Shown piece after piece: positions 26,822 through 40,270 of a DNA stretch of 64,000 bases. The notes beneath the pieces were generated by a model. The model saw nothing but the letters and a program-made list of their open reading frames with translations. It made no database searches and had not been told where the DNA came from. Origin of the DNA: Octopus sinensis (Eukaryota). The position numbers and the translations under genes were made by a program. Every line of letters starts with the position of its first letter. Position 1 is the stretch's first letter. Location: contig NW_021831847.1 in assembly GCF_006345805.1 (NCBI RefSeq), positions 364,999-428,998 of the forward strand, read 5' to 3'.

Positions 26822-29800
26822 CAGTCAACCCTCTCTATAATGAACAAAATGTCCACGTCAAAACATCATGTTCACTATTGTCTATAGCAGGGGTCACCAA
26901 ACTTTTTGCACTCGCGGGCCGGATTGACCCCAACACAATGAACGCGGGCCGGAGCACGTGCATAGGATTATAATTTTACTAGAAATTCATAAGTGTGTTT
27001 TTTACAATAAAAACTAATTTAAACAAAAATAAAGTAAACAAAAATTTTAATGAGAGCTATGGAACTGTGATCTTTTTTTGATAAGTTCATCAATATTTGG
27101 TTTTAAATTGCTGCATCCTATCATGAGAATTGATTTTAAGTGTCCGTCAGTCAATCTTGCACGATGGGCAGACTTAACATATTTCATCCTCGAAAACGTT
27201 TGCTCACATTGGTAAGTTGTGCCAAATATAGAAATCATCTTTATCGCAAAATTCTTTAGTCTCGGAAACTCATCATCCTTGAGATATTCGTAGAACTCAG
27301 CGAGTTTGGTCCGTCTGTGACAATCTTTGAGCTGTTCATTTGATTGTAAGTCAATAACTTTTAATTGTAATTCATGTTGAACATTTTCAACATTACAAGA
27401 AAATGGATTTTCGAACAAAATTATATCGCTTTCAATTTTGTCAAGTTCAGAAAACTTATGTAAAAAATGATGTTTTAATTCTTTGATAATTCCAATTTGG
27501 AAAGTAATGTCGATCTCATAACAGTTTGCCTCACAAAAACTTTTAAAACAAGAAAAGTGTGAAAACTGACGTACTCCAAGTTGTGACTCGAATAACATCA
27601 ATTTTTGTCGAAATGCTTTAATTATCCTGTAGAAATCACAAATTAAGTTTTCCTTTCCTTGTAATTTCAGATTTAGCTCATTCATGTGAGTTGTAACATC
27701 AACCAAAAATGATAATTTTGATAGCCAAGCAAGATCTGATAATTCGGGATAATAGTTATTTTTACTGGTTAGAAAAATATCAATCTCACTTCGGAGTTTA
27801 TAAAATCTATTTAATACATTACCACAGCTAAGCCATCTAACTGCAGTGTAATATGGTAAGTCAAAATATTCAGATCCAAAATCGTCAAGTAAAACTTTAA
27901 ACTGACGGTGATTAAGTGAGCTCCCTCGAACAAAGTTTATTATGCGAATAACTGGATTCAACACACATGAAATATTAAGAGCCTTCGCACATAGTGCGTG
28001 CTGATGAAGGATGCAATGAATGAACAAAGTGTTTGAAATATGTAATTCCTCCAATTTATTAGTTATTTGCCCAACTAGACCCTTTTTAGAACCAGCCATA
28101 TTCTTTGCCCCGTCAATCGTAACACAACTCAGTTTCTCCCATTCAAGGTTATAGTCACTTATAGTTTGTTCCAATTCATCAAAAATATCTTTTCCAGTGG
28201 TTGTTCCATGAATAGAACAAACAGATGCCAGTTCTTCAGTTATGGAAATATTCTCATCAACTCCACGAATAAAAATAAGAAGTTGCGATGTTCCCGAAAT
28301 GTCAACTGACTCATCCAATGCAAGAGAATACCACAACATATTACTTGTCTTTTCACAAATTTGTAAATATATATTTTTTCCAAGCTCTTCAGTTCTCCGT
28401 GATACAGAACTCGCCGACAAACTTATTCCATCAAATAAGGAAGAATTTAGTGGGCACAAACAATTAACTGCTTCAATAATGCAATTTTTGATATACATCC
28501 CATCACTAAAGGGTTTCCGTGTTGTGAAATAATTTTCGTTATCTCGTATCCAGCTCTTGTTACATTTTCATTATTTTCAAAATTTTTTTTTATAAGGCCT
28601 TGTTGAATTTGTAAAGTGCGTTTCAGTGATTCAACTTTATCCTCACGTAGCTTTCCAGTGTACTTGGAATATATCGGAGCATGATTCGTTTCATAATGAC
28701 GTCGAATGTTATACTCCTTCATAACAGAGAGATGTTCGTGGCATATTAAACAATAATTATTAAGGTATTAATTGAATATATTAAGGTATTAATTGAATAT
28801 CTCGAAATAGTGCGCGGGCCGGATAAAATGTTGTCGCGGGCCGTAGTTTGGTGACGTCTGGTCTATAGTGAACAAAAGGAATCAAAATAACATTAAACAA
28901 TATTAAAGTATAATTACAAAGATTATTTAGAGATTTTAATCATGTAATCGGTGATTTTTTGAGAATGATTAGTTTGATAATTTCTTAAAATTTTTTGTAT
29001 TTCGTATACTTTTCCTCTTTGTTCATAATCATTCTCAAGAAACCATAATTCAAGTGCCTTCGCATATTCACTAGCTTCATATAGTGTCGGAACATAAATT
29101 TTTTCATCTTCTTCTTCAACTTGGTCTTGTTGTTTTAGTTTTCTCGCAAAGTTTTGTATAAAGTTTTCGTCGTCAATTTGATCATTTGCATGAATCAAAA
29201 AATTTTCATCATCTATTTTTTCTATTTCTGTCAGGTTCTGTATTAACGCATTTTCAAATGCTTTCTTGAAACAATTTGTAATTGTTAATTCCGACACTTC
29301 TAACCAAGCTTGTTTTATGAATATCAAGCAATTCAATAGAGTGAATTTCTTCAACTTTTCCGTAACTTTTTCGTGATCTACATTGTCATCATTAGTATAA
29401 AATTCAATCAAGTGTGCACATAGGAGTTGTCTATACCTGTCTTTGAATGATTTTATTATTCCTTGATCAAGGGGTTGTAACTTCGATGTTGTATTTGGAG
29501 GGAAAAAAAAGAGTTCGATGTTACTGTTCTAATTTTCTATTAAGGCTTTCTGTAAAATTTTCAATCACAGAGGTTTCAAAAAATTGATTTTCCCCACATA
29601 AAGCACGGGAAGCAATGCAATATCGATTTTTAAATTTCTCAAGCCATCCATTTGATGCTTGAAATCCTTGAATATTACAAACTTTCGCCATTTTTAGAGA
29701 CATGGACTTCAAAAGATATTCATTGATTGTAAATCCAAATGATCGTTTTTTAACGAACCATTCAAATAGATCTCTGTCGAATGGTTGTGACTTGGGCAAG

Positions 29801-29960
29801 TAAATTTTCTCCTTTATTGGTCATCTTGAACATTAAGAATTCCTTCAGAATTTTTCAAAATTTTGTTTATGCAGCCCAGAGAAACATTGAAATAAAGGGA
29901 TAAATCGCGCTGTGTGTAATGTCTATTTTTATGATAAAATTTGATTATTTCCTTCACTGA
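26822..29960 (-). mobile_element. pogo/Tigger element, degenerate, interrupted by a hAT insertion
   Basis: TA+cagtcaaccctctctataatgaac TIR at 26822; FQASNGWLEKFKNRY HTH; LQPLDQGIIKSFK; second TIR not found. Confidence 0.8.
26888..28860 (-). mobile_element. hAT transposon (Buster/Charlie/SPIN, GTF2IRD2-like transposase) with TIRs and perfect 8-bp TSD
   Basis: TIRs caggggtcaccaaact / agtttggtgacgtctg; TSD GTCTATAG at 26880-26887 and 28861-28868; SLALDESVD, HCILHQHALC, VRWLSCG, FGTTYQCEQTFSRMK; -1 frameshift at about 28515; no start codon upstream of the CLIC zinc finger. Confidence 0.95.
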
Positions 29961-30109
29961 AATGGAGCATATAGCTATATCTCTACACGAATATTCACAC
30001 GGAGGAGTAAACAAATCAGAAAAGTCATTCGAAATTGTGAAGTATGTAAATTTGCCTGTCAATTGAAAGTTTTAATTCTTTTTAATTTTTAATGTAGATT
30101 GGTGATATG

Positions 30110-30300
30110 AATCATCATATCTTTGCTTTTTCTCAGAATGAAAGATTTCAACAACTTAAGATCACTTTTCTACCTATATGGACATTGCAAAATTTTGCAA
30201 TCAGATTCAAGAATGTATCTCTGAGAGATCTATGCGAAGGGTTCAATCTAGTTCAGATACATGGAAGACCAAACAATCCCCGTACACAGGGGATGGATAA
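30110..30300 (+). mobile_element. Integrase-like (GIN/Ginger, KRBA2-type) relic
   Basis: RFKNVSLRDLCEGFNLVQIHGRPNNPRTQG resembles the rve core EFKN..HGRPRHPQSQG. Confidence 0.55.
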
Positions 30301-31521
30301 ATTCGAGTCTCCATTCTATCCGGGGGCTGAAATAATTAACATTTTATCAAATAATCGAGTCGAGGCAAATCAATCATTTTTATTTAATAGATAAAATATG
30401 CTAAAGGAGAGATATGGAGGGTACCAATGGCAAGACTAAAAAATGATTAATTTTAATATTTTTTGTTAAAATGCATTATTCTTTCAAGTTATTCGATGAT
30501 TAAAAATTGACATCTACAAGGTCAAAAATGTATGAAATATGAGTCTCCAAAAGTTCAGTTTGAATGTGTTGATTAATTTCGAAATCATTAATTCTTAATT
30601 TATTTATTTATAGACATCTATGACACTTAGCATTATCAAGAAGAATCAAAATTTTTTTGATTTTGTGAAGACATTTCATCATTATTTGTTGTAACCAATT
30701 GTTAAAAATATTAATAGTCATCCACGCATTTTAGAACGCATCGAATATAACCTTATCGAGGTGGTCGGCAGATCCCAAAGAAGAGGGGAGAGATTGAAGT
30801 GGTCTAGAACATTAAATGAGGTCATCTGGGTGGATGCAGTGATGTGGTCTGTGGAGAAGGAAATGGTGGCTCGAGCGGATCTTTAATAGGTGTACAAAGA
30901 TTTTGCTGATTCTGATTTATCGACAAGGAGAAGTGCGGAGTTTTGTAGTTTATTGTGTTCAAGTGATCTTATGACTTGAATGGAAACGTTGTTGTGTATT
31001 TGTTTGGACATGGTTGATCAGTAGTCTTAATCGGTTCACAAGAATGTAATGAAATGTTTTTGTTTCTTTACAAGGTAACACAATATTGAGGGTATGGCCT
31101 GTTCAGGACCTCATAGAGGAATTGTAATCCTCGTATTTCTAAATGATGACTGACAAAAAAATCCTGGATTCCCTATTAAAGGTGGTCGATGGCTGTCGAT
31201 GGCGAAATCTAGTAACTGTGGGGAGGGCAGCGTTCAGGAGCGCTGAAGTTTTTGTAAGTTCGTGAGGGATAAACTCTAAAAACAGCATGGCCTAGGATAA
31301 TTTGTATACTACTATATTTTGAATAAAAATAAGATTTATTTCACAAAGCAAAATTATTTTTGACCTCATGATTATTCAATCTCAAAGTTTAGAAAATTGG
31401 GATTATTCATTTATACTTTTTTGACAATACATTCAATACTTTTTTTGACAGTTGATAGGTAATATTAATAGAGAAAGATTTTTTCTGATTTATTTTTTAA
31501 GGAACTATTTATTGTTTCAAC

Positions 31522-32084
31522 GAGGGGTTCTCAACCTTTTTTACCGTCGACCCGTTGATTTTTTTATTTAATCGACCCCCTTATGTTGGAAAATAGAGTA
31601 GCGATTGTGCTATTTCGTTCCACAATTTTGGATAAGTCTCTTTCACTTTGATATTTTACCAAAAAATAACTGACGTTTGTAAGTCATCATAATATAGTTT
31701 TAATTTTGGATTGAATTTTAAAATAATTAATTCCTCTTGAATATTTTCTTTTTCTTCTTCTGGATTCGACAAAAAAGGATTAATCATCCAAGATGAATTT
31801 CTAATTCAAGAATATCTTGAAATCGGAGAATCAAATCTTTTTCTATAATCTTTTTCATAAATCCAAATGCCAAATATTCATTTTTATATTGACGAATTTT
31901 TAATGTAGACGGACGATTCATACAAGAACAAAATCTGGCATTGTAATTTTAAAAATTTTAAAAAACAAAGGTTTACCACTTTAAAAATAAACTAACTTAA
32001 TTTAAAATGAAAAAATTATTAAATTAATATTCGACCCCTTACGATGATCTGGGCTGATTTTCGAGCCTAGGTTGAGAACCACTG
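31522..32084. mobile_element. Non-autonomous hAT (Charlie-like) MITE
   Basis: Ends gaggggttctcaacct / aggttgagaaccactg; flanks gtttcaac / gtttaaac (7/8 TSD match). Confidence 0.8.
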
Positions 32085-32283
32085 GTTTAAACAACCTGGA
32101 AATATGAAAACAAGTATCGGCGGTATATTTTCTTTTTACAGATGATTTTTCAATTTCAATTTTTAATTTTTATATTACTTAAATGATATCAAAATATAAA
32201 TTTTTTTGATTTTTTATTTTTTTATTATTTTGTTTGAATAATGAAATAAACTGTTAAACGTTTTTGCTTCTTGTCGGTTCGAA

Positions 32284-34667
32284 ATGTTTAAAATTAGTCA
32301 ATCTATTAATGCACATTCTGACGACGTAAGATGCATATTTATTGACTCTGCAACATCCTTTCTAACATGTTCAAGAGATAAATATGCCAAAAAATACATT
32401 CTTAACTAGTATTTACAAACCTGTCAAATTCCCAGCCAATCTGGGCTATTTGAGGAACAGTACAGAACATTTGACCACCCAAAGTATGTTTCCTCAGTCT
32501 CCCATTTCCCCCCAAATACTCAATTCCCCAACGGCCTTGTTATAACAGCTTGTTACGATTCAAAAATAAGAGCATTTGATCTTACAAATCCAGAACCAAT
32601 ATTTACACTGAACAGTCATCGAGGAGAAGGCTCTAATCTAATATATATTTGATAGTATCATGCCTACATGTTCACAACTCAGTCTTGATAAGTGGATCGT
32701 TGGACTCTTCTGCCGTAGTTTGGTTTGATTTTAAAGAGAAATATCGACTGGAAGGCAATTTTGGTTTCTTAAGTCTTTAGGACATTCACTTCCGGTGTGG
32801 GATGTGGCCATTTACAGGGATGAGTTATACCTGACTGCCTCTGCTGACAGGACTATCAAATTATGGGAGGGTTGTTCGTTACGGGCTACTTTCTGGGGGC
32901 ATTCTGATTGTGTGCGTGGGTTGTCGGTGGATGACGAATTGGACACCTTCTTTTCATGTTCGAACGACGGAACAGTCAAATGCTGGACATATGAGTCAAA
33001 TCAGAGTTTGGAGACTTACTATGGCCATACCAACTATGTGTATGGAGTACAGGGCAGAGGAGGGGATTCATTGGTGTCCTGTGGGGAAGACAGGTCTGTA
33101 AGGGTGTGGAAATGTGGGGAATGTGTGTCCACAGTTGTACTTCCCGTCCAATCTGTGTGGTCTGTTTCTTTTTTTCCAAATGGAGACATTCTGACTGGCT
33201 CATCGTAGTTATCCTGGTCCATTTTAGTGATGGGATTGTCCGTATTTTTACCCAAGATCAAAGTCGGTATGCTAGTCCCAGAGATCAAGAGGCATTCTCC
33301 GCCGCAGTGGCTTCGATGAACATTCCAGCACAGATCGGGGACCTCTCCACTGAGGCTATTCGAGGAGAGGATTCACTGAGTGAGAGAGGTGGGTGTGCCC
33401 TTAGGAAATATTGCAGGGTCGAAGGAGGGGGAGATTCGAATGGTGAGAGAGGAGAGTGGAGATGTCCTCGCCTACAGTTGGTCGACCGTGGAGGAACGTT
33501 GGCTGAAGATAGGACGAGTAGTGGGGGCGAATGACAGTTCTAAGCAACTACATGAAGGCCGGGTGGTTTCCGTGTGTATCAGACACAGGAATATGATTAT
33601 GTCTTTGATGTGGAGTTGGAGGAACTGCTTCCTGGACTCAGACTCAAATTGCCGTATAACATTGGTGAGTCTTATGAGGAGGCTGCCGACAGATTTGTGT
33701 CTGAAAATGACCTTCCTCAATTTTATAAAGAACAGATTGTCGACTTTCTTAAGGCGAATACTTCCAAAACTAATTCGAGTTTGACTTGGTTGTGTATTTT
33801 AGACAAATCAGCTGCGTGTACTGTATATTCTAATCTTCAGTTGGAGGCCATGTCGAGTTGTGTTGTGGGGATTATTTTGGCAGATAAGATCAAGGAGTTG
33901 TCTGATTTGGTCCCCTCTGAGTGGAGGATCAGTGATTTGGAGTGGAATGTTATTCGGGAGGTCGACAAATCGGTGGACTCAATGCTTCCTGTGCTCAAAA
34001 AACTGATAAACTGGCCTGCAGGTGTTATATGTGGTGATGTGTGTTAGAATATATATTCCCTGTGGTGGATATGATGAGGTATATCATGGCTGTGTTCCCC
34101 CAGGACATGTTTTTTGTGCTCAAAACTATTTTCCCCGACGAAGGCGAGTTGAGTGGTGTGCTTAGAGAGTGGTTTATTCAGGCAAGTAAAAGCAGATCTC
34201 CAATTCTCAAGTTTATTGCCAATGGACTGGCCTGTGTGAGGAGCAGGGAATATTTTGTGTGTTTGTTGGGTAAATTGAAAAGTTTGCTGTTTGAATTTGT
34301 GGGGTGGCCTGTGGGGGGACAGTCGTTCCCGGTCAATCTCGTATCCCCGTTTCTGACCGTGCTAGTCAATGCGGTCATTTCTGTCAGGTCACTGGGTGGA
34401 AGGGAGGACACTCGGGATGACCTTTCGACTCTTATGATATCCTTTCTTCGAGTTTATATCACTTTCCCTGAGAGGAAGGATGAGAACGTGGTGACTGGGC
34501 TCAATGTTTTGGGGACTTTGCTTAGTGGGGACTCACGCTTGTCTGCTTTGGTGTTGAGTTCTCTCAACTTTGATGAGCTTTTGGGGGATATTATTGAATT
34601 AAATGTCGGTGGTGGGGCTGTAGCTGCTGCCAAGGAAGTTCGTTCGATTATTCAGAACTCCCTTTAG
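32284..34667 (+). CDS. PLAA: PLAA/Doa1/Ufd3 (WD40-PFU-PUL), 9 micro-introns
   Basis: AHSDDVR..TCSRDK, SGSLDSSA, GHSLPVWDV, TASADRTIKLW, GHSDCVRGL, GHTNYVY, GREYDYVFDV, LKLPYN; GC-AG introns 32630-32655 and 32755-32780. Confidence 0.95.
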
Positions 34668-34775
34668 TCACGTGTCTTTGTTTTCAGCTTATTTTCAACT
34701 GTTTTTTGATTATTTAAGAAATTAGTTTTATTTTTATTTAAATGACAAATCGATATATTTAATTAATTTAAAATA

Positions 34776-36479
34776 ATGATCAAGTGGTTTGGACGTGGAG
34801 TTGAGTTGCTATTCAATCATCAGTCACTCCGATCTACCTCAAGCCATCAATTTTCAAGGCAAGTTTCTCTGAGGCTATAAAGCAGGCGTCACGCCATTGC
34901 CTTTCTGGGTAGCTCTTTGTGTACTCTGGGTGTCGGTCTGGGGACGTTTGCTTATGTAAATCCTACGCTTCATTCAAAGGTGGCTGGTTTATTAGAATCT
35001 TTGAAAAATATAAATATGGAAAAAATTGTTAATTTTTTTTAATTATCTTTAATTTTAGATTTCATTAAATTTATTGGAAAATAAAAGTCAAGATATTCCG
35101 GTTTTTTGTGGTACCGAAATTGTATCAAGTATTCCGGATGCCCCAGTAGAAGTAGACAAAAATCAACCAATATTTGACAAAGAAAGTCCCACTCCTTCCC
35201 AAATCCTGACAAATGAAGAAAAAATAGAACAACTGGAATTATTTATATCAGAAAAATTTATGCTCAGTCACGAATCTACAATAAAAGCAATAAAATTAGC
35301 TGAACATATGCTACCAATCTGAACATACTACTATCCCAAGTTTATATGCATGAACTACCAAATAGAGACTCAAACCACAAGAATTATTGTCCAAACTTGA
35401 CCAAATCGAAGATATATGTTCAGAAGTGCTCATTTCTGCCGAAACCGATCAGAAACAGCTTTGGTATTGATAACAGTCAGTATTGGCAGTAATACACTCC
35501 AAGACAGGATAAGAGATGCAGAGGAGTTGTCTAAAATGGTCTCCGATTATGATCTGCAGAGGAAATTGAGGAAAATGAAAACATATTTGAAGCAATATTC
35601 AAGAATTTTGGAAAGCAGTGGGCTAAAGGAGGCCAAAAGGAGTTTTAAAGAGTCAAAAGGGATTATTGACGCACTGAGGGAGTCAATTGTTTCAAATTTG
35701 TCCAACATCGAAGCCATTTGTCCAGAATTAGATAATTCTTGTGATAATAAGTCAGCCAATTTGGAATTATTGCTGATTTATTTACACAACGAAATCAAAG
35801 CACTTAATCAGAACATTAAAAGTCAGAAAAGGAAAGAACAACTGGAGGAATTGAATAAACTATCAAAGCAAAGAGAAGAAATGACTGAAGAGACGGAGAA
35901 ATTGGTCATGCAAGCTGAGAAAGCTTCTGAGATGAGTCTCAGAAAGGAAGAAATGAGATTGGTTATGTTAGAATTGACTTATTTGTGTTTAGAAAGACGA
36001 TTTGAATAAAATTAACACAGAAAAACTGAGAAGAGCAGAGACTGAGGTGAGAAGTCTCAAGGATAGTGAAAGAGATGTCTTACTGAGTCAACAGAGACTG
36101 GAATTATCAAGACAATTGCTATCGAAGACCGGATTAATGCTTTGGAGAGGAGAGCGGAGTTCAATATGTCGATAGAAGGGTTGTCTCTGCCTAGTCAAGT
36201 TGCTCAATTCTCTGAGTTGAGGGAGTGTCTGGAAATTTGGGACAAGTGTCGGGCTGTGGCTGAATTGATGGACATTCCGGGGAATATATCTAAGGAAGAG
36301 TTGTGTCGAGTTATACTGTGTGGTGTGAGTGGTAGGAGTTGGGTGGTTTGGGAGTTGTTAAAGATATGATTGCTGTGGAGAATCGTTTGGGCACTGAGGG
36401 TTATGGTCAAGTCAGGCAGTGGTTGGATGTTGTGGAGGCAATTTATCGTTTGAGGATTATTGACTGTCTGAGCAATTAA
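34776..36479 (+). CDS. IMMT: MIC60/mitofilin-like protein; apparent frameshift at about 35310 (pseudogene or sequence error)
   Basis: Presequence-like N-terminus, TM segment FLGSSLCTLGVGLGTFAY, coiled coil NLELLLIYLHNEIKALNQ (cf. DLNSLIAHAHRRIDQLNR), C-terminal GQVRQWLDVVEA; 24-31 nt introns including GC-AG 34859-34882. Confidence 0.7.
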
Positions 36480-36604
36480 GTCTTAATAGTTTACTAATTA
36501 TTTTAAAAACTGTTAGAATTGAATATAGGAAAAATAATATCCAATAAAAAATGATTTTAATAAATGATAGTAATGAATTTAAAGTGTGAATAGCTAGAAA
36601 ATAT

Positions 36605-37228
36605 TTATTCTAAAATTGGGTAAATATTGGAATGTCCGATCCCACACTGCATGTTCTTATTTCTTGCCATTTTTATATAACCGTTCTCTCCGTAGTAACG
36701 AGACCAACTGCCAATAAGACAGTCGATTGTACCTATTCTTGACCAACCAATACTTTTTTCCATTCTCAATCCCTTTACCAACGACCACTATAGCGTGATT
36801 TGTACGATTTTGACATTGAGGATTGTCGTGAACTCCTTAATTTAGAACATTCAAGATTACCTTTTTTATATAATTGAAATGATAAATCTAAAGCAGTGAT
36901 CGGTCCAATGTTGATTAGTGCTTTCATTAACTCAGATTCTGATGTGAATGTTTTGAATCCAGTCATTTTTACAACATTTTTCCTATATCTGCAAAACCAA
37001 CTCTAAAGATTGACATGAGATAGTACACCCTGGCTTCGTAAGGGTACATTTCTTCGGTGTCGATGCCACCATTTTTCATTATGTATTCAAATACACTTTT
37101 CTTGTGGCCCCCGGCACATCCGTCCGGTCCAATACAGTCGATTACATTTTGCTCGCTGAAGCTAACAAGTTTGCCGTATTTAATAGCGAATTGGCCTTCA
37201 AAACTTCCCAACTAAGAATTGATTAGTG
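36605..37228 (-). pseudogene. CTSL: Cathepsin L copy B: 5'-truncated duplicate (lacks prepro region and catalytic Cys exon)
   Basis: Starts inside the intron before LGSFEGQ; 9-nt deletion at GPIT(ASIS)ALD; most similar to copy C. Confidence 0.88.
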
Positions 37229-37325
37229 TTGGCCTTCAAAACTTCTAAGGAAGAGTTGTCTCCAATAAAAAATGATTTTAATAAATGATAGTAATGAATT
37301 TAAAGTGTGAATAGCTAAAAAATAT

Positions 37326-38499
<1,174 letters not shown>

Positions 38500-38929
38500 A
38501 AAGTTATAAATTGAATTTAACTTATTCAATTTTATTCGTCTTGCTTAATTTAATATTTTTAAATTGCAATTTAAATAAAACAAAATTCGACTAATTTTTT
38601 ACTTTTCATGGATCCTCCAATTCCTTTCGTTTTGATAAATTTTACTTTAATAACGTTACTTTATTGTTAATAAAAAGAAATTAACCATCCAACGTAAATT
38701 CAGGTTTGGGAGATCAACTGTCGATGTAATATAAGGAGATAGATGGATCTGTGCCATATGTTAAAAATTTGAAATGGTAACCACAATATTGGACATTGAT
38801 ATGAGCAGGGAATTTGACAGGATTCGTAGAGAAAATCTGAACTGATATACGATGTAGACTTTTTGTTAATTTAAATCTTTTTAAAATGGAAACAAGGAAA
38901 AAAGAGAAGTTAACTAAATTAGATGAGTC

Positions 38930-39900
38930 GCTTAGCGGATAGACAGGCAATTTCCACGTAATATCGCAAAAGATATCCGCTGAAAAAGCCAGCTCGTTTC
39001 ACGACTGTCGTGACTCCTCCTCGAGATGGTTAAACCAATCTCTGAGAGGAGTTGGAGCGCTTTGGTTGAGGCAAGGGCAGATGCAGACCCAGGACGAGAA
39101 GCGGAGTCAACCAGCGATGATGAGAAAAATGAGTCTAAGCAAGTAACATCCCACACGAGTGCCATTTCCTCCCTGAACGGAAATAAAGTCGACCCATCAG
39201 GGCGTTTTCCATTCCCACGGTCTAGTCCTATCGGTTCTAATATTGAGGGGAATCCAGCGGCGTTAGGCGCATGCTTTACAACATTATTTAATGAGGCGTG
39301 CCTGGAAATCCTGCCGGCACTGAGGCGACAAGAGAGAGGAGTTGTCCACATTTGCAATGGTGCGGCTGGCAAATCTCTATGCCAAGCCGTAAACAGATTC
39401 CGATGCGGACTGATTCGTTGTTCAGGAAAATACCAGCTGACGAGATCGATAACGCATTTAGCCAATCTGCCGAATGTGGCAGACAAGCACAATTAATACT
39501 TGCCAACTGAAGCTGGTCGGCGTGTGAGCGGATATCTTCAATTACGTGCGAACAATATATGTTGTCCCAGTTCCTTTGAACAGAAGAATGTCCGGGACTT
39601 TAAGTCCCTGAGAAACCCACTCGTTGACACCAGCCGCATATTCCAACAACTCGCACAGTTCAGAAAAGGGAAAAAGAACAGAGTAGACGAAATTAATGAA
39701 AGCGGACAACGATGATAGGTAAAACGGAAGGGATAAGGATAATGAATCATCACACGGGTCGGTACCACCATCGCCTACAATGTCCGCTAAGCTGCTGATA
39801 GCATCCGAGTCAGTTCGGATGCCGAAGCGTGCAATGCCTTTTGAGTGGACTACAGGTGGTACCGCCCAGCAAAACCTGGAGGGATGTAATCGAAGAACTT
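38930..39900 (-). mobile_element. CRE-clade element 3' fragment, degenerate
   Basis: CACLPHSADWLNAL..LRLG, CRLSAGRISRHASLN, GNGKRPDG..WDVTC, LFQRISFAILRGN. Confidence 0.85.
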
Positions 39901-39904
39901 TACG

Positions 39905-40270
39905 GTGTCTTCCTGCCACGTACAGGAGTTCTTTGGAAAGCACCTGACTGATTATATGCGAGATAATTTCAAACAGAACTCAGTGCAGGGTCAGTCACAT
40001 CCCACGCTTCCGTACCGGGTGTTAAATAAAAATAGATTCAAGCCTCGGCTGTCCAGACTACGGGACAAATGCGTTTACGAGGAAAACCGTGTTTGGTTTC
40101 GTGGCTGGATTAGCCGGCTTCGGAGGGAGATCAAAAGAGAAATCCGTGAATTCGAAAGTTCACGGTGGGAGCGGGTCTGCAGAAGAGTGGACGCGCACTT
40201 TCCGGACTTTTTGAAACAATTGAAGAGCCTGTGGAAGAGGGGAGACAAACTCCGTGCGCCTTAAACGCTC
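39905..40270 (+). mobile_element. Non-LTR endonuclease-RT linker fragment
   Basis: ISRLRREIKREIREFESSRWERVC..FLKQLKSL typical I/Jockey linker. Confidence 0.55.

Noticed and set aside
31081-31110. ggccatacc on the minus strand resembling a 5S rRNA start
   Set aside because: No further 5S similarity or internal promoter boxes
33034-33534. Alternative-frame and antisense ORFs over PLAA (and similar ones over other genes and TEs)
   Set aside because: Shadows of real coding sequence in GC-richer DNA; fully explained by the spliced gene models
35281-35400. Two in-frame TGA codons in MIC60 suggesting TGA recoding or readthrough
   Set aside because: Another frame plus two standard micro-introns explains the region better, and TGA is a genuine terminator in BCAT, TTLL10 introns and the bZIP
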